NCBI GenBank assembly: GCA_963662615.2
Contig: CAXXSR010000001.1
Span: forward strand, 480,001-544,000
DNA length: 64,000 bases
Origin: Dehalococcoidia bacterium
Lineage (GTDB): Bacteria; Chloroflexota; Dehalococcoidia; Bin125
Direction: 5' to 3'
The position numbers were made by a program, and so were the translations under genes. The first letter of the stretch is position 1; the number at the start of each line of letters is the position of its first letter. The notes beneath the pieces are model-generated. The model was not told where the DNA came from. It was given only the letters and a program-made list of their open reading frames with translations, and did not search any database. This document shows positions 1-9,063 of this stretch, in pieces.

Positions 1-453
1 ATGCCGGCCGCTCGGGCGACGTCCCTGCGGGCGATGCCGCCGCTCCAGGAGACGAAGCTGACGATGTCCTCCTTGGTGCCGAAGCCGGAGCCGCGGTACA
101 GGCCCACCGCACCGATGCCGCCCAAGACGCCCAGCATCCCGTCGGCGTGGAACGTGTCCGCCGTGTCCTCGCCCGATCCCAGCTTGACGATGATCTCGTC
201 GCCGTTCTTGAGTTCCAGCGCCGGCATCGGCCAGTAGAGGAAGTCCTTGCAGAGGAACCAACCATCTAAGTTGACCGGCGTGGGACTGGCGCCGCGGAGG
301 CGGGGCCGCCGCCGCGGGCTCCGCGCCGTCGTCGTCGCCACAGCCCAGCAGGGCCAGGCCGGCGGCGCCGATGCCCAGGCGAGCGGTCCAGGACAGCATG
401 GTGCGACGCGAAAGTCGCCCTCGTCCCGCTTGCGTCCGGCCTTCTTCGCCCAT
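1..453 (-). pseudogene. Tat-signal lipoprotein with lamin-tail-like domain, frameshifted near 290 and running off the window
   Basis: SD GGAGGAG before ATG at 453; reads MGEEGRTQAGRGRLSRRTMLSWTARLGIGAAGLALLGCGDDD (twin-Arg plus lipobox). The protein-like continuation PVNLDGWFLCKDFLYWPMPALELKNGDEIIVKLGSGEDT is in a different frame. Confidence 0.6.
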
Positions 454-579
454 GGCTCCTCCTCACCGCTCGCGCTACGGCGGCACGGCTTCCGGCTCTG
501 ATGCCTTCGACCCCATATACGCACGCCTCAGCGGTTTGGACCACCCCGGGGAGGCGGCGGACGACTCGCTGTCGGCGCA

Positions 580-634
580 CTGTGACTACAGGCCTGTGAC
601 CCCGGGGCTGTGACTAGAGGGCTGTGACCCCGGC
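580..634. repeat. Four CTGTGAC direct repeats at 14-bp period
   Basis: CTGTGAC starts at 580, 594, 608 and 622, with alternating spacers. Confidence 0.8.
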
Positions 635-647
635 AGAACGCACTCGC

Positions 648-1370
648 CTAGTCCAGGGTGACGCTGAAACGGATCTCGTCCAGCGAGGGAGGGCCCGGCG
701 ACGGCCGCTCGCTGTCCTCCAAGGAAACGGCGAAGCCCACGACATGCTCGTCCTCCCTCGTCGACAGCGCCAGCGCCACGAACTCTTCCCCGCGCACTTG
801 GAAGGCTTGGTCGCGTGCGATGCCGCCGCCGTCCAGCAGGCGCCAGAGGCGGTAGCTCTTGCCTTGCGGGGTGGGCGGGATCGCTTGGAAGAGGAGCCCC
901 ACCGGCGCGCCGGCGTAGTCCGTGACGTAGACCCAGCCGGCGCTCTCGGATGCTCCCACATCGGCGGCGGGCCCGGCTTCAACCGGCAACCAGCGGCCGG
1001 CGGGCTCACCGTCGTCATCGCTGAAGAGGAGGACGCCGAAGGCCACGGCGACGGCAGCGGACGCCGCCGCTACGGCGTGGGGCAGCCACCGCCGCCACAA
1101 AGGCCAGTGGCGGCGAGCACGGCGCTGGGCCTGCTCCGCGCTGCGCTCCTCGCGGGCATGGGTGATGATGCGTCCTTCCAGCCGGAGAGCGGGCGTCGGC
1201 TGCTCCGCTGGGGCGGCCGCCAGCGCGTCCGCGGTGGACAGCAGCTGCGCCAGCTCGCGACGGCCTTCTGGCCAATCGCGAAGGAGCGCCAGGAGTTCTT
1301 GGCGCTCCTCCTCAGGCAGCGCGCCCAGGGCGTAGGCGGCCAAAAGATCGCGGGCCTCGTCGCGGTCCAT
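648..1370 (-). CDS. Anti-sigma factor, RskA family
   Basis: N-terminal DLLAAYALGALPEEE, one TM helix, C-terminal SYRLWRL and FAVSLE motifs; coupled to an ECF sigma gene. Confidence 0.85.
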   Translation of the reverse strand: MDRDEARDLLAAYALGALPEEERQELLALLRDWPEGRRELAQLLSTADALAAAPAEQPTPALRLEGRIITHAREERSAEQAQRRARRHWPLWRRWLPHAVAAASAAVAVAFGVLLFSDDDGEPAGRWLPVEAGPAADVGASESAGWVYVTDYAGAPVGLLFQAIPPTPQGKSYRLWRLLDGGGIARDQAFQVRGEEFVALALSTREDEHVVGFAVSLEDSERPSPGPPSLDEIRFSVTLD

Positions 1371-2026
1371 TACGGCGACGCTCCGTCAAGGTGCTTGCGC
1401 ATCTTCTCCAGCCCCAGCCGCATGCGGGACTTGACCGTGCCCTCTGGAATCGCCAACGACTGCGCGATCTCCCGGTGCGTGAGCCCCTGGAAGTAGGACA
1501 TCTCCATGACTTGACTCTGCTCGCTGGGCAGCTTCAGGAAGGCTTCGCGGACCACGATGCGGTCGAGCACCGGCGCGTCGATCGGATCAACCGGTGCCAG
1601 CAGGCGCTCGACGTCCGCGATCGGGCCGGCGCGACGCAGCGGCTCGCGCCGGCGCAGGACGTCCACGCAGAGATTGCGGACCACGCGCGAGAACCAGGTA
1701 GGAAATGAGGCTTTGTCCGCATCGAAGCGGCCGGCGTGCCGCCAGACCCGCAGGAACGCCTCTTGGACCGTCTCCTCGGCGATGTCCTCTCGGCCCAGAA
1801 TGCGGTAGGCGAGGGTGTAGGCGAGCCGACCGTAGCGGCGGTAGAGCTGTCGCAGTGCCTCTTCATCCCCGCCGGCGATGCGGCGCAGCAGCAGCTCCTG
1901 CTCACGACGATCCTGCATCCGCCGCCGCCCCTCACTGCGATTCGCGGTCCAGGGCGATGGTCGGGCAGGAGCACGCCGGGTGGCAAGGGCCAGGGATTGC
2001 GGCGCCGGCATCAGCGCGCGGTTCAT
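1370..2026 (-). CDS. ECF sigma-70 factor, SigK-like (alternative start 1918)
   Basis: AEETVQEAFLRVWRHA (region 2) and GLTHREIAQSLAIPEGTVKSRMRLG (region 4). Confidence 0.92.
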   Translation of the reverse strand: MNRALMPAPQSLALATRRAPARPSPWTANRSEGRRRMQDRREQELLLRRIAGGDEEALRQLYRRYGRLAYTLAYRILGREDIAEETVQEAFLRVWRHAGRFDADKASFPTWFSRVVRNLCVDVLRRREPLRRAGPIADVERLLAPVDPIDAPVLDRIVVREAFLKLPSEQSQVMEMSYFQGLTHREIAQSLAIPEGTVKSRMRLGLEKMRKHLDGASP

Positions 2027-3515
2027 GCCAAGAGGTACGGGATCGCCGCCGAGTCCGATCAGTCCCGCCCTGGAGGGGCGGACGGCCCGGCGCGCGGATC
2101 CGTCGCTCGCCCGCTGGATCTGCAGGGGCTATCCTCGGGACGGGCGGCGTCTTGCGGAAGATCGAGCCTTGTGGTTGTGGCCGTTTGTCGGTGGACCAAA
2201 GTTGCGGGGGCGCTTGTCGTCGCGCCTCGCCCTGGGCCTGACGCTCGTCCTGACCACTGTCGGCGTGGCGGCGCTTCTTGCCGTTCTGCTCAACGATTCA
2301 GATGCCGGCCGCGAGACGGACGCGACGACCGCCGCCGTTTCGGAGCCGGCGCCGCTCCCCCAGCGCGCGCCGGCCGGCGCGTCCCCCCCGGCGCCCTCCT
2401 CCTCGCGGCCGACGGCGGGGCCGACGGCGCTACCCTCGGGCCCCGCCGCGGCGGCCCCTGGCGGGCCCGCCCCAGCCGTTGCGGCTCCAGGGACGCAGAG
2501 CGCCGAGCCGGCCCCGTCCGCTCCTCCCGAGTCTGTTCCTCCCGAGTCTGTTCCTTCCGAGGCTGTTCCTTCCGAGCCTGTCGATGGGCCCGCGCTCGAC
2601 GAGGGGCCGTCGGATGAAGCGCCTCCTGCTTCCTTGGATAGCGCGCCGGCCGGCGGAGCGAGCGGTTCCGCCGCTGAGGGGTCCGACGCCCTTGCTCCTC
2701 CCGAGGCAGAGGGCGAGGCCAGCGTCGTTCCGGCCACGATTCGGCAGGGGGAGACCGCCCTGGTGCGCCTCTCCGGCGTCGACGCCGCAGGGGCTGCGCT
2801 CAGCGTTGAGGGCGCCACCTGGCCCATGGTGCAGGAGGAGGGCGCTTGGCTCGCCTACGTGCCCGTCCCGCCCTTGAGCCGCCTGGGCTCTTACGCCATC
2901 AGGATCGACCTCTTCGACGCCGACGGCGCCCTCATCGGCACGTACGTGGCCCCGCTGCAGGTTGTTGAGACGGGACAGGAGATTGAGGAGATCTTCCTGG
3001 ATCCCGACACCGCCGCCCTGCTGGCGCCGGAGCTTGTGGCGATCGACAACCGCGTGCGCTACGAGGACCACGTCGCCGTGAGTGGAGCGCGACGTTGGCG
3101 CGACCCCTGGCGGAGCCCGCTGGAGGGCCCGCTGGATGGCGAGAGCTCCGGCAACTTCGGTGTCCTGCGCTCGTACAACGGCGCTGCCCCGCGCGACTGG
3201 CATCACGGCCTCGACATCGCCGCCGACGCGGGCGCCCGCATCGCCGCGCCCGCGGCCGGGCTGGTCGTTTTCGCCGGCGAGCTGCCCGTGCACGGCCTGG
3301 GCGTCATCCTGGATCACGGCGCCGGCGTCTTCAGCGGCTACTGGCACATGTCCGCGCTGGCCGTGGACGAGGGGGCGCTGGTGGCCCGCGGCGACACGCT
3401 GGGACGCGTGGGCCAGACGGGGCTCTCCGTTGGCCCCCATCTGCACTGGGAGGTCATTGTCCACGGCCGCGACGTGGACCCTGCTCAGTGGCTCCAGGCC
3501 GCGCTCCATCAGTAG
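2025..3515 (+). CDS. M23 family metallopeptidase with TM anchor and Pro/Ala-rich linker (start uncertain)
   Basis: WHHGLDIA (HxxxD) and GPHLHWEV (HxH) motifs; 15-bp PPESV-coding repeats near 2521-2580. Confidence 0.85.
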   Translation: MPRGTGSPPSPISPALEGRTARRADPSLARWICRGYPRDGRRLAEDRALWLWPFVGGPKLRGRLSSRLALGLTLVLTTVGVAALLAVLLNDSDAGRETDATTAAVSEPAPLPQRAPAGASPPAPSSSRPTAGPTALPSGPAAAAPGGPAPAVAAPGTQSAEPAPSAPPESVPPESVPSEAVPSEPVDGPALDEGPSDEAPPASLDSAPAGGASGSAAEGSDALAPPEAEGEASVVPATIRQGETALVRLSGVDAAGAALSVEGATWPMVQEEGAWLAYVPVPPLSRLGSYAIRIDLFDADGALIGTYVAPLQVVETGQEIEEIFLDPDTAALLAPELVAIDNRVRYEDHVAVSGARRWRDPWRSPLEGPLDGESSGNFGVLRSYNGAAPRDWHHGLDIAADAGARIAAPAAGLVVFAGELPVHGLGVILDHGAGVFSGYWHMSALAVDEGALVARGDTLGRVGQTGLSVGPHLHWEVIVHGRDVDPAQWLQAALHQ

Positions 3516-3608
3516 CCGCCGGCCACAGCCGCTGGCTCCGAAGGGCCGGGCGCTGGCTCCGAAGGGCCGGGCGGTGGCGCGCCGGCGCTCGCTACACTGA
3601 CCCCGCGC

Positions 3609-4634
3609 ATGGCATCACCCTCGACAGCAGGGGAGCCCTCGACACCAGGGGAGCCGTCGTCGCCGGGAGCGGACGCCGCTGCCGCCGCCCCGATGCCGGT
3701 GATGGACCTGGACGTCTACGCCGCCGCCATCAGCGGCGCGTTTCTCGACATCGCCCAGGGCGAGCCGCCGGCGCTGCTATCGGCGAGCCGGGCCAACGTC
3801 GTTGTGGCGACTGCCGGCGGCGTCGCCTTTCACTTTCCGCGTGAAGAAGCCGCGGCGGAGCGACTCGCGATGACAGGGCTGTTGCTTCCGTACCTGCGCG
3901 GCCACGTCACGCTGGCGATTCCGGCGCCGGAGTGGCGGGCAGCGCCGACGAGCGCGCTTCCGTGGGGCTTCTGGGGCTATCGCCGCCTGCCCGGCGCACC
4001 GCTCCAGCCCGGGCAGATCAACGAGCGCACGGTCGTGCGGTTGGTGACCGACTTGGCGATCTTCCTCTCGGAGCCGCATCAGTTCCCGCCGCAGCGGGCG
4101 CGGGCCCTGGGAGTCGCCGGGCCCGACGCCTGGAGAGAAGGATGCAAGCGGCTGCGCGGGGACGTGCTCCCTGTGCTGCGGAAGCGCCTGAGCGTCTCGG
4201 AGTACCCCCGAGTGCGCCGTTGGTGGGACGCGTTCCTCCAGGACGAAGGTAGTTGGGTGTTCAACCCCACGCTGGTCCACGGCCAGCTGGTGAGCGAGCA
4301 TCTCCTGTTCGACTCCGGTGCGGCAGCGCTCAGCGGCGTGATCGGCTGGGGCCATTCCGCCGTGGGCGACCCCGCCGCGGACTTCGTGGGGCTGATTCAC
4401 TCCTACGGCGGCGATTTCGCCTGGCGCGTCGTGGACGCCTACCGCGGCCGCGGTCTGGGGGTGGACGCCGGTTTTCTGAAGCGGGTGCGACGGCTCAGCG
4501 CGCTGCGCGCCTTCCACGACGTGCGGATTGCAGCGCAGTCCCTGGGCGAACCGGGTGCGCCGAGTCTGGAGGAGGCGGTGGTGCAGCTCCGCGCCGGCCC
4601 GATCCTGGCCCGCCCGTCTCCGTCCGCCCCTTAG
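3609..4634 (+). CDS. Aminoglycoside phosphotransferase (APH) family protein with degenerate catalytic motifs
   Basis: YRRLPG, PTLVHGQL and GVIGWG..GDPAADF match the APH fold, but both conserved Asp residues are replaced. Confidence 0.8.
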   Translation: MASPSTAGEPSTPGEPSSPGADAAAAAPMPVMDLDVYAAAISGAFLDIAQGEPPALLSASRANVVVATAGGVAFHFPREEAAAERLAMTGLLLPYLRGHVTLAIPAPEWRAAPTSALPWGFWGYRRLPGAPLQPGQINERTVVRLVTDLAIFLSEPHQFPPQRARALGVAGPDAWREGCKRLRGDVLPVLRKRLSVSEYPRVRRWWDAFLQDEGSWVFNPTLVHGQLVSEHLLFDSGAAALSGVIGWGHSAVGDPAADFVGLIHSYGGDFAWRVVDAYRGRGLGVDAGFLKRVRRLSALRAFHDVRIAAQSLGEPGAPSLEEAVVQLRAGPILARPSPSAP

Positions 4635-5161
4635 CCCTCGTCGCCGGGGAGACCTTGGACGGCGCGCATCGCTTGGATCTGGCCAAGGTGGAAGGGGCCG
4701 TGGGTCAGGACTCCCTGGCCAATGTGCTGAAGTTTGGGCTGAATACCAAACGGCTTCATCTCCGTGACCGAGAACAGCTCCTCGGGACTGGCGGACTCCA
4801 GGTAGCCCATGACGTCGGCGTGGACGTCTTGGGCGTACTGCACCAGCGCCTGAACGCTGGGGACGCGGAGGGCGTGCGCCTCCGCCTGCGACATGCCGGT
4901 TCCCTGCGCCACTTTGGGCAATCCCCATTGGGCGTCGAGCCCTTGTCGGAGCCAGACCGGCGGCTTGCGCTCCTGGAGGACGAAGTTGATCACGCTGTCC
5001 TCGCTGCGGAGCCAGTGCCAGGCGTGGAAGGCGATGTGGCAGGTGCGGTCGTTGACGCGGTGGTACAGCTGCTCCTCCGTCAGATCCGAGAGCGCGGCCT
5101 GGTACTCCAGGTTGAGCTTGTTGACGAAGTGGCAGAGAAAGTCGCTGAGGGTGGATGCCAT
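4631..5161 (-). CDS. DinB family protein
   Basis: IAFHAWHWLRSED and HGPFHLGQI motifs. Confidence 0.85.
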   Translation of the reverse strand: MASTLSDFLCHFVNKLNLEYQAALSDLTEEQLYHRVNDRTCHIAFHAWHWLRSEDSVINFVLQERKPPVWLRQGLDAQWGLPKVAQGTGMSQAEAHALRVPSVQALVQYAQDVHADVMGYLESASPEELFSVTEMKPFGIQPKLQHIGQGVLTHGPFHLGQIQAMRAVQGLPGDEG

Positions 5162-5394
5162 GTTCCGGCGCTCCTCTTCCGCCGAACCGGGCGGGCTCTT
5201 CGCTGCAAGGTAGCGCCGAAGCGGGCTCTGTCGACAGCGGCCAACGGGCCCTACGCATTGAATGCCGCGTCTCTTTGGCGCCGGTGGGAGTCGGAGCGGT
5301 GAGGGCGGTGCGGTGAGGGCGGTGCGGCTGGCGACGGGGGGCGATCCCTGATAGTCGCGCCGATCGCCGGCACGTAGTCTGAGAGCAAGGCGCT

Positions 5395-6186
5395 ATGGTC
5401 GAGGTCAATCCCCCTCTCTCCGCAGCCTCCTCCGGTGGACCGACGCCCGTGCAGTCGGCGCAGCTGGCCGACGACGCGTTCGCGGAGCAGTGGGCGAAGG
5501 CGCAGTCGGCGGCGGGGCCCGCTTCACCCACTCAGCTCCCCAGCGGAGACGAGGACGACAACCCCCTCGCGCCGCCCTCTCCACCCATGCCCCCCGGCAC
5601 TACGTCAGCGCCAGCACCTGTCGGTCCCTCCAGCGCCGACGTCGGCTCCGCGAGCGGGGCCGCCGAAGCAGGGGAGTCCGGCGCGGCGGCGCTGCTCACC
5701 GCACTGGGCATCTCGCCGGCGCTCTCGCGCATCATCAAAGAGGCGCGCAGGTTCGTCCCCCCCGGCGCAACGCTTCAAGTCCTTTCCACGGAGCCGGGCC
5801 GGTTCCGCGCCCGCTTTGCGGGGGGCCCAACGACGGCCGGCCCGTCGCCGGTTGTGACTCTGGGGTCCGCGACGCCGACCGCCACCGGGATCGACATGCC
5901 CACGCCACCCGCACCACCTCTGCCCCCGAACATTGGCGGCGCCGACGCAGCCGGACCGCCGCCTCCGCCGCCCATCCCCCCGGACGAGATCCCGTTCAAC
6001 CCCGCGCCGGCGCCCGACGACGAGAGCGTCGACGACTCGCCCTTGCCGGCCCAGTCCAACGCCGCCGTCATGCCGCCCAGCCAAAGCGCCGTCCAGACCG
6101 CCTACCGCTTGGCGCAGCAGGGGGAGTTGAATTGGGCCGCTGCGCCTTCAAGCGTGCGCGACGAGGCGGTGGACGAGCAAGCCTGA
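5395..6186 (+). CDS. Pro/Ala-rich hypothetical protein
   Basis: 263-aa ORF fills the intergenic space with plausible codon usage; no family recognised. Confidence 0.6.
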   Translation: MVEVNPPLSAASSGGPTPVQSAQLADDAFAEQWAKAQSAAGPASPTQLPSGDEDDNPLAPPSPPMPPGTTSAPAPVGPSSADVGSASGAAEAGESGAAALLTALGISPALSRIIKEARRFVPPGATLQVLSTEPGRFRARFAGGPTTAGPSPVVTLGSATPTATGIDMPTPPAPPLPPNIGGADAAGPPPPPPIPPDEIPFNPAPAPDDESVDDSPLPAQSNAAVMPPSQSAVQTAYRLAQQGELNWAAAPSSVRDEAVDEQA

Positions 6187-6260
6187 GCGGCGGCCGCGGC
6201 AGCCAATGCGGTGACGCAGCCCGCGGCGATGCAGCCCACGCCCGGGCTGATCCCGGCCCT

Positions 6261-7469
6261 CTAGCGCGGGAAGAGCGCGGCGGCGCCCGTCACCTGAAGG
6301 CGGACACGATCGCCCAGGTGGAAGTCATCGCTGGGGCCCAGCCGGGCTCGCACCGTCCGTCCCGACGGCAGCCGCACGGCGATGAGCTGGTCGTGACCGT
6401 AGTACTCGCGCTCGATCACCTCCGCGACCGGCCCGCCCTGGGCTTCGTCGGAGGCGCTGGCGAGCCGCACCATCTCCGGGCGCAGCATTACCTCCACTTC
6501 GCTTCCGACAAGCACCTTGCCGCCGGCGGGTGTCTCCGAGGATGCCGCCAGCAAGCCCACTTCCGTGCGTACGCCGCTCCCCTCCACGCGCCCGGGGAGG
6601 AAGTCGGCGTCGCCCACAAACTCGGCCAGGGCGCGGCTGGCGGGCCGGCGATAGATCTCCTGCGGCGTCGCGACCTGCTCAATGCGCCCCTCCCACATCA
6701 CGGCGACGCGGCCGGCCAGGCTGAACGCCTCTTCCTGGTCGTGGGTCACGAAGACCGCGGCCGCCCCCGCGCGACGCAGGATCTGCCGTACCTCGCTCCG
6801 CACCGACGCGCGCAGGGGGCTGTCCAGATTGGAGAACGGCTCATCCAGGAGGATCAGGGCTGGTTGGGGGGCGAGGACACGAGCCAGCGCCACCCGCTGC
6901 GCCTCTCCGCCCGACAGTTCGTGGGGGTAGCGGCCGGCCAGGTGCCCCAGCGCGACGAGGTCCAGCGCCTCGCGTACGCGTGCGGCGGTCGCGGCGCTCA
7001 TCCGCAGTGCCGGCCGGTTCCGCCAATGCACCCGTGTCCAACGGCGGAGCCGCGCTCCCAGGCTGCCGTCATCGTCGTCGTCGGCCGCCGGCTCGACGCT
7101 GGTGGCGGTGAGGCCGTAGCGGACGTTGGCGGCCACGGTGAGATGGGGGAAGAGGGCGTAATCCTGAAAGACCATCCCCACGCGCCGGCGCTCGGGCGCC
7201 AGCATTGTCCCGGATCCCACTACCTCCTGCCCGTCGATGCGGACGCTGCCGCTGTCGGGCGTCTCGAAGCCGGCGATCAGGCGCAGGGCGGTCGTCTTGC
7301 CGCAGCCGCTGGGGCCGAGAATGGCGACCAGCTCGCCGGGGAACACCGTCAGCGAGAAGCCGTCGACCGCGGCGACGGAGCCGAAGCGCTTGCCCAGGCC
7401 AATGCACTCCAGCGCCGGCGGCGCAGCAGGGAGGGTGCCGTCAGTCACGGATCTGTTTGTCACGGCCAA
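6261..7469 (-). CDS. fbpC: Fe3+ ABC transporter ATP-binding protein
   Basis: GPSGCGKTT, LSGGEAQR, LLDEPFS and C-terminal TOBE-like region; in operon with permease and binding protein. Confidence 0.9.
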   Translation of the reverse strand: MAVTNRSVTDGTLPAAPPALECIGLGKRFGSVAAVDGFSLTVFPGELVAILGPSGCGKTTALRLIAGFETPDSGSVRIDGQEVVGSGTMLAPERRRVGMVFQDYALFPHLTVAANVRYGLTATSVEPAADDDDDGSLGARLRRWTRVHWRNRPALRMSAATAARVREALDLVALGHLAGRYPHELSGGEAQRVALARVLAPQPALILLDEPFSNLDSPLRASVRSEVRQILRRAGAAAVFVTHDQEEAFSLAGRVAVMWEGRIEQVATPQEIYRRPASRALAEFVGDADFLPGRVEGSGVRTEVGLLAASSETPAGGKVLVGSEVEVMLRPEMVRLASASDEAQGGPVAEVIEREYYGHDQLIAVRLPSGRTVRARLGPSDDFHLGDRVRLQVTGAAALFPR

Positions 7470-9057
7470 TCAACAGTGCCATAGGGATCGCCGCCAGGGC
7501 AATCAACAGCAGCGCGGGCGCTGCGGCACGGGCGAAGAAAGCCTCGTCGGCCGCCAGCCAGACCTTGGTGGCGAGGGTATCAAACTCAATCGGCGCCAAG
7601 AGGAGGGTCGCGGGCAGCTCCTTCATCGTCGTCAGGAACACCAGCGCGAAGCCGCTGATCAGGCCGGGCAGCAGCAGGGGCATCGTAATCGTGGCCGTGA
7701 CCCAAGGGGGCGACCGGCCCAAGCCGCGCGCCGCCTCCTCCACGCTCGGCTTGATCCGGACCATCGCCGCGCGCACCCCTGCCAGGGCTTGGGGAAAGAA
7801 CAGGACCAGATAGGCAAAGATGAGGACGGCCCAGCTCTGGTACAGCCCCGGCACGACCTTGAGCGAGAAGAAGACGAGCGAAAGCGCCACCACGATGCCG
7901 GGCAAGGCGAAGCCGAAATAGCTGAGCCGCTCCACCAGCGCCGCCAGCATCGAGCGGCGGCGCACCACCACGATGGCGACGGGAATCGCCGCCGCCGCCG
8001 CCACCGTGCCCGCCACCGCGGCGACCGAGAGCGAATGCCACGCCGCCGACCATATGCCGCTGAACGGCTCGCCGGCGCGCAGCCCGCGCACCAGCCAGTC
8101 CAGGAGCACGCCCACCGGCACTCCCAGGGCGGCGATCGCAACCAGCGCCAGGAAGGCGGTCGCCGGCCAGCGCCACCGGCCCAGCCGGATGACGCGGGGC
8201 GGCCGCGGGCTGCCGGCCCCGCTGGTGTAGTAGCGTCCCCGCGATCGCGAGAGGGCCTCAGCGGTCAGCAGGACCACGACCAGCGCGACCAGCAGCAGGC
8301 TCAGGACCGCCGCCGCCGAGCGGTCGAAGCTGCTCTGGTGCTGCACGAAGATGGCGCGGGTCAAGGTGTCGAAGCGGAGCATGGAGACGGCGCCGAAGTC
8401 GCTGATGGTGTAGAGCGCGACCAGCAGCGCGCCGGCCGCCAGCGGCACTCGCAGCTGGGGCACCACCACCCGGAAGAACGTGCGCCAGGGGCCCGCACCC
8501 AGCGCCCGTGATGCCTCCTCCAAAGCCGGGTCAACGCCGCGCAGCCCCACTCGCAGCGTCAGCAGCAGATAGGGGTAGCTGAAAAGGGTAAGGGCGAGCC
8601 AGGCGCCCTCGAAGCCGAAGATGTTCGGGAGCGACTCCACCCCGAGCGGCTCCAGCAGTCGCTGGAACGATCCCCGCGGCCCCAGCGCCGCCACGAAAGC
8701 GAGGCCGCCCACGAAGGAGGGGATGACCAGCGGCAGGACCATGACGACGCTCCAGAAGCGGCGCCAGGGCAGGTCCGTCCGCACCGTCAGCCAGACCGTG
8801 GGCAGGGCCAGGGCGATAGAGCCGGCCGTGACCGCTAGCGCGAGAAGGGCGGTGTTCTTCAGCAGCGTCAGGGTTGAATCACGGGTGAGGTCGCGCCAGG
8901 CGTCGGCGTCGGCCTGGGCGGCGCGCACCAGCAGGTAGACCAAAGGAATCGCCATCGCTCCGGCGACGGCCAGCGCCGGCAACCAGACGAAGGCCGGGCC
9001 CCGCCGCCTTGGCGGGAAACGCTGTGCCCGCGCCGGAAGCCCGGTGAGAAGGGACAT
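7441..9057 (-). CDS. fbpB: Fe3+ ABC transporter permease
   Basis: Two EAA loops (LEEASRALG, VEEAARGLG), DFGAVSML and MKELPAT. Confidence 0.92.
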   Translation of the reverse strand: MSLLTGLPARAQRFPPRRRGPAFVWLPALAVAGAMAIPLVYLLVRAAQADADAWRDLTRDSTLTLLKNTALLALAVTAGSIALALPTVWLTVRTDLPWRRFWSVVMVLPLVIPSFVGGLAFVAALGPRGSFQRLLEPLGVESLPNIFGFEGAWLALTLFSYPYLLLTLRVGLRGVDPALEEASRALGAGPWRTFFRVVVPQLRVPLAAGALLVALYTISDFGAVSMLRFDTLTRAIFVQHQSSFDRSAAAVLSLLLVALVVVLLTAEALSRSRGRYYTSGAGSPRPPRVIRLGRWRWPATAFLALVAIAALGVPVGVLLDWLVRGLRAGEPFSGIWSAAWHSLSVAAVAGTVAAAAAIPVAIVVVRRRSMLAALVERLSYFGFALPGIVVALSLVFFSLKVVPGLYQSWAVLIFAYLVLFFPQALAGVRAAMVRIKPSVEEAARGLGRSPPWVTATITMPLLLPGLISGFALVFLTTMKELPATLLLAPIEFDTLATKVWLAADEAFFARAAAPALLLIALAAIPMALLIGRDKQIRD

Positions 9058-9063
9058 GCTGGG

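Noticed and set aside
5395-6186. Flagellar (FliK-like) assignment for the Pro-rich ORF
   Set aside because: Only compositional resemblance; no convincing sigma28 promoter or flagellar neighbours.
3777-7484. Long overlapping ORFs (3777-5531 minus, 5490-7484 plus) and similar ones such as 59050-60993
   Set aside because: Arg/Pro/Gly-rich shadow frames overlapping recognisable genes, as expected at high GC.
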